A DNA stretch of 64,000 nucleotides from assembly GCF_044324785.1 (NCBI RefSeq), contig NZ_CP172127.1; one strand, 5' to 3'. Shown here piece by piece: positions 11,720 to 19,695 of this stretch (the stretch's first letter is position 1; every line of letters begins with the position of its first letter). Under the pieces are notes generated by a model. It was not told the origin of the DNA, searched no databases, and saw only the letters and a program-made list of their open reading frames with translations. A program made the position numbers and the translations under genes. The stretch is from Escherichia coli. Lineage in GTDB: Bacteria > Pseudomonadota > Gammaproteobacteria > Enterobacterales > Enterobacteriaceae.

Positions 11720-13738
11720 TTAGACGGCAATAGCGATTAGCAGCACAACCAGTGCGGCGATCACATACAGGCAATAGAGACGAAAGTCGCCGCTTTGCAG
11801 ATGCTGTATTTCTTTGGCCAGCCGTTGGGTGGCGCTCACGATGGGGCGGATCACCCGCTCATCCCAGAAGGGTTCTGTGCTCTGAGCCCTGGCGGTGATG
11901 TGCGCAAGACCTTTATTTAGCTTCAGCGTAGGGTCGAGCTGTTGTCGTAGACGAAATAGCGCAGAAAAGACCACACGCAGCGGCTGCATCACGCCATTGC
12001 CTGACGGGGCCATCGCATTATCCCAGCCGTAGCCGCATGCCCAGGCATCTCCTGTGCGACGAAACGCTGCGCGGCGCGAACGACGCCACAGCCAGTAAAG
12101 GCCAGGCAGCAAAGGCATCGCCAGTAGTAACAGCAACAGTAATGAGGGAGTGACCCGTGTATGAAACGTGCCGGGTACAAGTGCTATTCCGCTGGCGACA
12201 GTGACGGGAGGGGTATTGGTAAACGCATGGGCAATGTGCATTATCTTCGGTGCCAGCCAACTGGCACTAAGCGCAATGAATACGCAGAGTGCCGCGAGCA
12301 GTAGCATGGCGACGATCATCGTATTTGGCACTTCCTGTGCCTCTTCAGCGTGTGTACTGCGCGGCGCTCCACAGAAAGTAATACCGTACATTTTGGCGAA
12401 GCACATTACTGCCAGCCCACCAGTGACTGCCAGCATCACCATAGCAATAGGACCCGCAAGTTGTAGCGCTACGGCTTCCACACGACTTAGTGAGAACAGC
12501 GACTGCCAGGTGTACCATTCGCTGATAAAACCATTCAGCGGAGGAATGGCTGATATCGCGAGGCAACCAATCAGGCATGCTGCGGCTGTCCACGGCATCC
12601 GTTTTGCCAGTGCCCCCATTTTTTCCATGTCGTGGGTATGCAAACGCGAAATAATCGCACCCGCGCCGAGAAACAGCAGCCCTTTGAACAGTGCATGGTT
12701 GAGCAAATGAAACAGCGCGCCGAGCAGTCCAACCACGGTGAGCAGCGGGTCGTGCAGTGACAGACCGACCATCGCCACACCGACCGCCAGCAAAATAATG
12801 CCGACGTTTTCGACGGTACTCCAGGCCAGCAGCCGTTTGATATCCTGTTCCGCCAGCGCATACAGCACTCCCAGGAGCGCGGAGATTGCGCCGATCGCCA
12901 TCACCAGAATGCCCCACCACAGCGGCAAACCCGTTTGCGCCAGCAGGTCCATCGCTACTTTCAGGATGCCGAAAATACCGATTTTGACCATTACGCCAGA
13001 CATCAACGCCGAAGCGTGCGATGGTGCGGCAGGGTGAGCGCGTGGCAACCAGCTGTGCAACGGCATCATCCCGGCTTTCGCGCCAAAACCGAAGAAGGCC
13101 AGCAGGAACACCGCCGACGCCAGCCCCGGAGAAAGTGAAAGCGTGCGGAAACTGGCAAAATCGAGGCTGCCGCTTTCGCGCCACATCAGCAAGAAGGCGA
13201 TCATAATCAGCACCGATCCGGCGTGGGCGATAAAAAAGTAGAGCATGCCAGCGTTGATTGACGTTTTATCCTGCCTGGCAATGACCAGAAACCAGGAAGA
13301 CAGCGACATCATTTCAAACAGCACGATGAACCAAAAAGCGTTATCCATCACCAGCAGGGCAACCATCGATGCGATGAAAAGATTCATAAAGAAGCCCATT
13401 GCCGCCGCGCCTTTGCCCTCGTATTCGCGCATATAAGTCAATGAATAGAGCGAACAAACCCCCACCAGCAAGGAGATAACCAACACCATAAATGCCGAGA
13501 GGCTATCCATTCGCAGGGTTAAATCGGCAAAATCAAAAGGCGTGGCAAAACGGGCGACTAAAGTTACGCCTGCATGTAATTGCGTAATTCCGCTGATGAT
13601 GCCAATCACGCCGCCCACCAGCGATGTGATGCCGGAAAGCTTAATAGTCAGTCTGTCCAGACCGAGTAAAAACAGCGAAGCCAGACTGGCAAACAGATAG
13701 AGGATCAGCGACCAGGTTAATAATTGCAGGGCATCCAT
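11720..13738 (-). CDS. hyfB: Hydrogenase-4 membrane subunit HyfB (NuoL/HycC-like)
   Basis: 672 aa polytopic ORF matching E. coli HyfB. Confidence 0.92.
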   Translation of the reverse strand: MDALQLLTWSLILYLFASLASLFLLGLDRLTIKLSGITSLVGGVIGIISGITQLHAGVTLVARFATPFDFADLTLRMDSLSAFMVLVISLLVGVCSLYSLTYMREYEGKGAAAMGFFMNLFIASMVALLVMDNAFWFIVLFEMMSLSSWFLVIARQDKTSINAGMLYFFIAHAGSVLIMIAFLLMWRESGSLDFASFRTLSLSPGLASAVFLLAFFGFGAKAGMMPLHSWLPRAHPAAPSHASALMSGVMVKIGIFGILKVAMDLLAQTGLPLWWGILVMAIGAISALLGVLYALAEQDIKRLLAWSTVENVGIILLAVGVAMVGLSLHDPLLTVVGLLGALFHLLNHALFKGLLFLGAGAIISRLHTHDMEKMGALAKRMPWTAAACLIGCLAISAIPPLNGFISEWYTWQSLFSLSRVEAVALQLAGPIAMVMLAVTGGLAVMCFAKMYGITFCGAPRSTHAEEAQEVPNTMIVAMLLLAALCVFIALSASWLAPKIMHIAHAFTNTPPVTVASGIALVPGTFHTRVTPSLLLLLLLAMPLLPGLYWLWRRSRRAAFRRTGDAWACGYGWDNAMAPSGNGVMQPLRVVFSALFRLRQQLDPTLKLNKGLAHITARAQSTEPFWDERVIRPIVSATQRLAKEIQHLQSGDFRLYCLYVIAALVVLLIAIAV

Positions 13739-14355
13739 TAGCGTTGCTCCTGAGTGAGGGAAAGGGGATCCTCCCCGCCATTGGCAAACCAGCTTGCGGC
13801 AAGGCGCTGTTTTTCTTTCATCTGGCGTTGCAGGCTATCGTCGGTGATCAGCCGTAACGCCTTATTCGGGCAAGCGCGAACGCATGCCGGACCTTCTGGC
13901 AAGAAATCACACAGGTCGCATTTCACCGCGACGGTCTGGACACCCGGTTCCCAGCGCAGCAACGCATGTTGGGTCGACACGTTTACTTCTCCGTCTTTGA
14001 GTGAGCCCTCAGCCTGAAAAACATATTGCGCAGGGGCATTCACCGGACGGCTTCCTGAAGCGCTGATTGCGCCAAATGGGCAGACCACGGCACAAAGCTT
14101 GCAGCCAATACAGAGGCTTTCGTTGAGTTGGATCGCATCATCCCTCTGGGAGATGGCATTGACCGGGCAGACCTGCAGGCAAGGGGCTTCCTCACAGTGA
14201 TGACACACGACAGGGGCAGTGAGTGTTGACGTCTTCGCCAGGGCCAGGCGCGGGTGTTGCTGTAAACCTTGCGTTTTATGCACGTCCGAACAGGCAGCGA
14301 GACAGGTATTACATCCTGTACACCACAGTGGTTCGGCCACCACAAAGCGGTTCAT
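13738..14355 (-). CDS. hyfA: Hydrogenase-4 ferredoxin-type subunit HyfA (multiple [4Fe-4S])
   Basis: Several CxxCxxCxxxC motifs; the ATG at 14353-14355 with AGGAG 8 nt upstream gives 205 aa; the ORF-track ATG at 14392 lies upstream of the predicted transcription start. Confidence 0.9.
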   Translation of the reverse strand: MNRFVVAEPLWCTGCNTCLAACSDVHKTQGLQQHPRLALAKTSTLTAPVVCHHCEEAPCLQVCPVNAISQRDDAIQLNESLCIGCKLCAVVCPFGAISASGSRPVNAPAQYVFQAEGSLKDGEVNVSTQHALLRWEPGVQTVAVKCDLCDFLPEGPACVRACPNKALRLITDDSLQRQMKEKQRLAASWFANGGEDPLSLTQEQR

Positions 14356-14396
14356 GTCGGCTCCTTGAAAATGATATGAAACATTGCATTTCATAT

Positions 14397-14412
14397 TGCA
14401 TAAAGGATGCCA
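14397..14412 (-). promoter_or_regulatory. Sigma-54 (-24/-12) promoter of the hyf operon
   Basis: Minus-strand sequence TGGCATcctttaTGCA fits TGGCAC-N5-TTGCA with GG and GC at the correct spacing, about 40 bp upstream of the hyfA ATG; hyfR in the same operon encodes a sigma-54 activator. Confidence 0.7.
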
Positions 14413-14538
14413 GTCTGATTAATTTAATATATTCAATAAGTTATGAATTAACTGTATTCTGAACGGTACAAAAATGATGGTCATTAACGTTCAGCAAAAA
14501 ATGAATTCGACACCCGTGTCGCAGGGGAAAGCGAGAAT

Positions 14539-14552
14539 GTGATCTTGATCAC
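14539..14552. promoter_or_regulatory. Inverted repeat GTGATC-tt-GATCAC about 140 bp upstream of the hyf sigma-54 promoter; candidate enhancer or CRP-like site
   Basis: Perfect 6-bp arms; also reads TGTGA-N6-TCACg; position is typical of an enhancer-binding-protein site. Confidence 0.3.
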
Positions 14553-14607
14553 GAGAAGTGAGGTGTGCTGACCGCAAGCGCAGCCAGCACGGAATGGAGC
14601 AAAGTAA

Positions 14608-15078
14608 TCAGGCGTGTTCTTTCAGCCAGTTCAGCACAACGTCGTGGTGATTGCTGGTTTTGAAATCGTCAAAGACATGTTCGATTTTGCCATCAGCGTC
14701 AATCAGGAAGCTGATGCGATGAATACCATCGTAGGTTTTGCCCATGAAGGACTTTTCACCCCAGACGCCGAATTGTTCGCACACCTGGTGGTCCTCATCA
14801 GACAGGAGCGTAAAGTTAAGCAGCTCTTTTTCCGCAAAACGGGAGAGTTTTTCGGGTTTATCGGTGCTGATACCCAGCACATCAACGCCCGCTTTTTTCA
14901 ACTCATCCATGTTATCGCGTAAGCCGCAGGCTTGTACGGTACAGCCGGGGGTCATGGCTTTCGGGTAGAAATAAACCAGAACACGCTGTCCCTGGAAGTC
15001 GGTCAAATTAACTTGTTCTCCGTCTTGATCCGGCAAGCTAAATTTCGGTGCGATATCACCGGCTTTCAGTGGATTCAT
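14608..15078 (-). CDS. bcp: Thiol peroxidase Bcp (peroxiredoxin)
   Basis: 156 aa; peroxidatic Cys in the TPGCT context; its start overlaps the gcvR stop by 1 nt. Confidence 0.95.
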   Translation of the reverse strand: MNPLKAGDIAPKFSLPDQDGEQVNLTDFQGQRVLVYFYPKAMTPGCTVQACGLRDNMDELKKAGVDVLGISTDKPEKLSRFAEKELLNFTLLSDEDHQVCEQFGVWGEKSFMGKTYDGIHRISFLIDADGKIEHVFDDFKTSNHHDVVLNWLKEHA

Positions 15079-15650
15079 TACTTAACTCCATCCTGTTCAT
15101 CATGTTGGGAATAATTGACGACGTTAATACTGCCTTGTGCATTGAGTTCTGTACATAGGGCTTTGAACGCTTGCTCAATATTTGCTGCGTCCGCAGATGC
15201 GGGGCTGTGGGCGGTTATCTGAATATGCAACTGCGCAGCCCGTTCATTTTCAGCAGGTTGCGTGCGCGACACCAGCTCCGCAATGTTCATATGATGCGCG
15301 TCGAAAAGTGCTGTGAAGCGTTCAATTAAATGCGGGGAGTCTGCCACATCGACCTGAACCCAGACAGATGCTGGCATTGGCGGACGCGGACGCGCCGTCG
15401 TGCGCTTCATCACGATTAAAAGATCCAGCTCGGCACCTTTCAACGGTAACGTTGATTCAATCAGAGTAATGGCATTCCATGAACCGGAAAGCAGCATGAT
15501 AAACGTGAACTCTTCTCCCAGCATCGCCAGGCGACTGTCTTCAATATTACAGCCGCAACTACTGACATGACGGGTGATGGTGTTCACAATTCCAGGGCGA
15601 TCGGCACCCAACGCAGTGATCACCAGATAATGTTGCGATGACAGTGTCAA
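15078..15650 (-). CDS. gcvR: Glycine cleavage system transcriptional repressor GcvR (ACT domains)
   Basis: ORF track 212 aa from a TTG; a second in-frame TTG gives the 190 aa product (MTLSSQHYLVITALGADRPG...) known for E. coli GcvR. Confidence 0.88.
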   Translation of the reverse strand: MTLSSQHYLVITALGADRPGIVNTITRHVSSCGCNIEDSRLAMLGEEFTFIMLLSGSWNAITLIESTLPLKGAELDLLIVMKRTTARPRPPMPASVWVQVDVADSPHLIERFTALFDAHHMNIAELVSRTQPAENERAAQLHIQITAHSPASADAANIEQAFKALCTELNAQGSINVVNYSQHDEQDGVK

Positions 15651-15795
15651 ACTGGTTATTCCTTTAAGGGGTGAGTTGTTCTTAAGGAAAGCATAAAAAA
15701 AACATGCATACAACAATCAGAACGGTTCTGTCTGCTTGCTTTTAATGCCATACCAAACGTACCATTGAGACACTTGTTTGCACAGAGGATGGCCC

Positions 15796-16674
15796 ATGTT
15801 CACGGGAAGTATTGTCGCGATTGTTACTCCGATGGATGAAAAAGGTAATGTCTGTCGGGCTAGCTTGAAAAAACTGATTGATTATCATGTCGCCAGCGGT
15901 ACTTCGGCGATCGTTTCTGTTGGCACCACTGGCGAGTCCGCTACCTTAAATCATGACGAACATGCTGATGTGGTGATGATGACGCTGGAGCTGGCTGACG
16001 GGCGCATTCCGGTGATTGCCGGGACCGGCGCTAACGCTACTGCGGAAGCCATTAGCCTGACGCAGCGCTTCAATGACAGTGGTATCGTCGGCTGCCTGAC
16101 GGTAACCCCTTACTACAATCGTCCGTCGCAAGAAGGTTTGTATCAGCATTTCAAAGCCATCGCTGAGCATACTGACCTGCCGCAAATTCTGTATAATGTG
16201 CCGTCCCGTACTGGCTGCGATCTGCTCCCGGAAACGGTGGGCCGTCTGGCGAAAGTAAAAAATATTATCGGAATCAAAGAGGCAACAGGGAACTTAACGC
16301 GTGTAAACCAGATCAAAGAGCTGGTTTCAGATGATTTTGTTCTGCTGAGCGGCGATGATGCGAGCGCGCTGGACTTCATGCAATTAGGCGGTCATGGGGT
16401 TATTTCCGTTACGGCTAACGTCGCAGCGCGTGATATGGCCCAGATGTGCAAACTGGCAGCAGAAGGGCATTTTGCCGAGGCACGCGTTATTAATCAGCGT
16501 CTGATGCCATTACACAACAAACTATTTGTCGAACCCAATCCAATCCCGGTGAAATGGGCATGTAAGGAACTGGGTCTTGTGGCGACCGATACGCTGCGCC
16601 TGCCAATGACACCAATCACCGACAGTGGTCGTGAGACGGTCAGAGCGGCGCTTAAGCATGCCGGTTTGCTGTAA
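15796..16674 (+). CDS. dapA: 4-hydroxy-tetrahydrodipicolinate synthase DapA
   Basis: 292 aa from ATG 15796 ([17 protein letters not shown]...); the ORF track adds 6 upstream codons. Confidence 0.96.
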   Translation: MFTGSIVAIVTPMDEKGNVCRASLKKLIDYHVASGTSAIVSVGTTGESATLNHDEHADVVMMTLELADGRIPVIAGTGANATAEAISLTQRFNDSGIVGCLTVTPYYNRPSQEGLYQHFKAIAEHTDLPQILYNVPSRTGCDLLPETVGRLAKVKNIIGIKEATGNLTRVNQIKELVSDDFVLLSGDDASALDFMQLGGHGVISVTANVAARDMAQMCKLAAEGHFAEARVINQRLMPLHNKLFVEPNPIPVKWACKELGLVATDTLRLPMTPITDSGRETVRAALKHAGLL

Positions 16675-16690
16675 AGTTTAGGGAGATTTG

Positions 16691-17725
16691 ATGGCTTACT
16701 CTGTTCAAAAGTCGCGCCTGGCAAAGGTTGCGGGTGTTTCGCTTGTTTTATTACTCGCTGCCTGTAGTTCTGACTCACGCTATAAGCGTCAGGTCAGTGG
16801 TGATGAAGCCTACCTGGAAGCGGCACCGCTTGCGGAGCTTCATGCCCCGGCTGGAATGATTTTGCCGGTGACCTCCGGTGATTATGCAATCCCGGTGACC
16901 AACGGTAGTGGTGCTGTCGGTAAGGCGCTGGACATTCGTCCACCAGCCCAGCCGCTGGCACTGGTTTCTGGCGCGCGTACCCAGTTCACGGGCGATACCG
17001 CTTCATTGCTGGTGGAAAATGGTCGTGGCAATACTCTGTGGCCGCAGGTGGTTAGCGTGCTGCAGGCGAAAAACTACACCATCACCCAACGTGATGATGC
17101 TGGTCAGACACTGACCACCGATTGGGTACAATGGAACCGTCTGGACGAAGACGAGCAGTATCGTGGTCGTTATCAAATCTCTGTTAAGCCGCAGGGTTAT
17201 CAGCAGGCGGTTACGGTTAAACTGCTGAACCTGGAACAGGCGGGCAAACCGGTTGCAGACGCGGCTTCCATGCAGCGTTATAGCACGGAGATGATGAACG
17301 TTATTTCCGCCGGTCTGGATAAATCTGCCACTGACGCCGCGAACGCTGCGCAAAATCGTGCCTCCACCACTATGGACGTACAAAGTGCAGCTGATGACAC
17401 CGGTTTACCGATGCTGGTCGTACGCGGGCCGTTCAATGTGGTTTGGCAACGTCTGCCAGCGGCGCTGGAAAAAGTGGGCATGAAAGTGACCGACAGCACC
17501 CGTTCGCAGGGCAACATGGCCGTAACTTATAAGCCGCTGTCTGACAGCGACTGGCAGGAACTGGGCGCGAGCGATCCAGGCCTGGCATCCGGTGACTATA
17601 AACTGCAGGTTGGCGATTTAGATAACCGCAGCAGCCTACAGTTCATCGATCCGAAAGGTCATACTCTGACTCAGAGTCAGAACGACGCGCTGGTATCTGT
17701 CTTCCAGGCAGCGTTTAGCAAGTAA
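16691..17725 (+). CDS. bamC: Outer membrane protein assembly factor BamC (NlpB lipoprotein)
   Basis: 344 aa; lipobox LLAAC|SSD; GGGAG RBS before ATG 16691; 16 bp downstream of dapA. Confidence 0.95.
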   Translation: MAYSVQKSRLAKVAGVSLVLLLAACSSDSRYKRQVSGDEAYLEAAPLAELHAPAGMILPVTSGDYAIPVTNGSGAVGKALDIRPPAQPLALVSGARTQFTGDTASLLVENGRGNTLWPQVVSVLQAKNYTITQRDDAGQTLTTDWVQWNRLDEDEQYRGRYQISVKPQGYQQAVTVKLLNLEQAGKPVADAASMQRYSTEMMNVISAGLDKSATDAANAAQNRASTTMDVQSAADDTGLPMLVVRGPFNVVWQRLPAALEKVGMKVTDSTRSQGNMAVTYKPLSDSDWQELGASDPGLASGDYKLQVGDLDNRSSLQFIDPKGHTLTQSQNDALVSVFQAAFSK

Positions 17726-17732
17726 AAATACA

Positions 17733-17758
17733 GGGCTGGAGTCATCCGGCCCTTTTTT
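17733..17758 (+). terminator. Intrinsic terminator of dapA-bamC
   Basis: Hairpin gggctgga-gtca-tccggccc (8 bp stem) followed by TTTTTT at 17753-17758. Confidence 0.75.
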
Positions 17759-17768
17759 CTGATATGAT

Positions 17769-17784
17769 ACGCAAACGTGTGCGT
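17769..17784. promoter_or_regulatory. PurR operator (pur box) in the purC leader
   Basis: ACGCAAACGTGTGCGT matches the 16-bp pur-box palindrome ACGCAAACGTTTGCGT at 15/16; a TATGAT -10-like hexamer sits just upstream at 17763-17768. Confidence 0.65.
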
Positions 17785-17830
17785 CGGCAGAAAAATGCGA
17801 TTTTAGCGGTAATTCGCACGAAATTTGTTT

Positions 17831-17872
17831 GTCGGACGTAGGTCGGATAAGGCGTTCTTGCCGCATCCGACA
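17831..17872. repeat. REP-like palindromic element in the purC 5' region
   Basis: ggtcggataaggcgttcttgccgcatccgac has the REP signature (GGATAAGGCG...GCCGCATCC) with gtcggat/atccgac arms. Confidence 0.65.
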
Positions 17873-17936
17873 AAACATCCGGCACACCAGACAGCAAAGA
17901 TTTTAAAACGTTAATTCACACCCAGGAGTGATAAAG

Positions 17937-18650
17937 ATGCAAAAGCAAGCTGAGTTGTATCGTGGTAAAGCGAAAACCGTATACAGCACGGAAAACCCGG
18001 ACCTGTTGGTGCTCGAATTCCGCAATGATACGTCAGCAGGGGATGGCGCGCGCATTGAGCAGTTTGATCGCAAAGGTATGGTGAACAACAAGTTCAACTA
18101 CTTCATTATGAGCAAACTGGCTGAAGCGGGTATCCCGACTCAAATGGAGCGTCTGCTCTCCGATACCGAATGTCTGGTGAAAAAGCTGGATATGGTGCCG
18201 GTTGAGTGTGTCGTGCGTAACCGTGCTGCTGGCTCTCTGGTGAAACGTCTTGGAATCGAAGAAGGTATTGAGCTGAACCCGCCGCTGTTCGATCTGTTCC
18301 TGAAAAACGACGCCATGCACGATCCGATGGTCAACGAATCTTACTGCGAAACCTTTGGCTGGGTGAGCAAAGAGAACCTGGCGCGTATGAAAGAGCTGAC
18401 CTACAAAGCGAACGACGTGCTGAAAAAACTGTTCGATGATGCTGGTCTGATTCTGGTCGACTTCAAGCTGGAATTTGGTCTGTACAAAGGCGAAGTGGTA
18501 CTGGGTGATGAGTTCTCCCCGGACGGTAGCCGCCTGTGGGACAAAGAAACGCTGGAGAAAATGGACAAAGACCGTTTCCGCCAGAGCCTCGGTGGCCTGA
18601 TCGAAGCCTATGAAGCCGTCGCCCGCCGCCTGGGTGTACAGCTGGACTGA
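17937..18650 (+). CDS. purC: Phosphoribosylaminoimidazole-succinocarboxamide synthase PurC
   Basis: 237 aa from ATG 17937 ([18 protein letters not shown]...) with AGGAG RBS. Confidence 0.96.
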
Positions 18651-18666
18651 TTTTTCTGTTCATCAT

Positions 18667-18691
18667 CTTGCCGTGCAGCTGGCACGGCAAG
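18667..18691 (+). other. Perfect 10-bp-stem hairpin 3' of purC (cttgccgtgc-agctg-gcacggcaag) with no U-tract
   Basis: Perfect inverted repeat 16 bp after the purC stop; no T-run follows on either strand, so it is not a canonical intrinsic terminator. Confidence 0.4.
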
Positions 18692-18817
18692 ACAACCGCT
18701 CTCGGAAGATGTGCATTGAACGCTCATTCCTCCGCCATTTCATCCCGCTTTCCTGTGGTAATCTTCCTCTGAACCACCTACGATCATTTCTATAATGAAT
18801 ATATTGTTGAGGTATCT

Positions 18818-19681
18818 ATGCGTTGGCAAGGGCGACGTGAAAGTGACAATGTTGAAGACAGGCGCAACAGCTCTGGTGGTCCGTCAATGGGCGGTCCAGG
18901 TTTTCGCCTGCCAAGCGGTAAAGGCGGGCTGATTTTACTGATAGTCGTGCTGGTTGCAGGCTATTATGGCGTTGATTTAACCGGGTTGATGACCGGACAG
19001 CCGGTTTCCCAACAGCAATCAACGCGGTCAATTAGCCCAAATGAAGACGAAGCCGCAAAATTCACTTCGGTGATTCTGGCAACCACGGAAGACACCTGGG
19101 GACAGCAATTCGAGAAGATGGGTAAAACCTATCAGCAACCGAAGCTGGTCATGTACCGTGGAATGACGCGCACCGGATGCGGGGCGGGCCAGTCCATAAT
19201 GGGGCCGTTCTATTGCCCGGCGGATGGCACGGTTTATATCGATCTCTCCTTCTATGATGACATGAAAGACAAACTTGGCGCGGATGGCGATTTTGCCCAG
19301 GGGTACGTTATCGCCCATGAAGTCGGTCATCATGTGCAGAAACTGTTAGGCATCGAGCCGAAAGTTCGTCAACTGCAACAAAACGCGACGCAGGCGGAAG
19401 TGAACCGCTTATCTGTGCGTATGGAACTCCAGGCCGACTGTTTTGCTGGTGTCTGGGGGCATAGTATGCAGCAGCAAGGCGTTCTGGAAACCGGCGATCT
19501 GGAAGAGGCGCTGAACGCGGCGCAGGCCATCGGCGATGATCGTTTACAACAGCAAAGTCAGGGGCGAGTAGTACCAGACAGTTTCACTCATGGCACTTCT
19601 CAGCAACGCTACAGCTGGTTTAAACGTGGTTTCGACAGCGGCGATCCGGCACAATGCAATACTTTTGGTAAAAGCATTTAA
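18818..19681 (+). CDS. ypfJ: Uncharacterised putative zinc metallopeptidase YpfJ
   Basis: 287 aa; N-terminal TM segment ([15 protein letters not shown]); HExxH-type motif AHEVGHHVQ; TATAAT hexamer at 18791-18796 upstream. Confidence 0.9.
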
Positions 19682-19695
19682 CTTCCGGGGCAGGG

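Noticed and set aside
14564-14590. Possible bcp terminator hairpin (gtgctg...cagcac) downstream of bcp
   Set aside because: The stem is short with a long loop and no U-tract follows on the bcp strand; not convincing as an intrinsic terminator.
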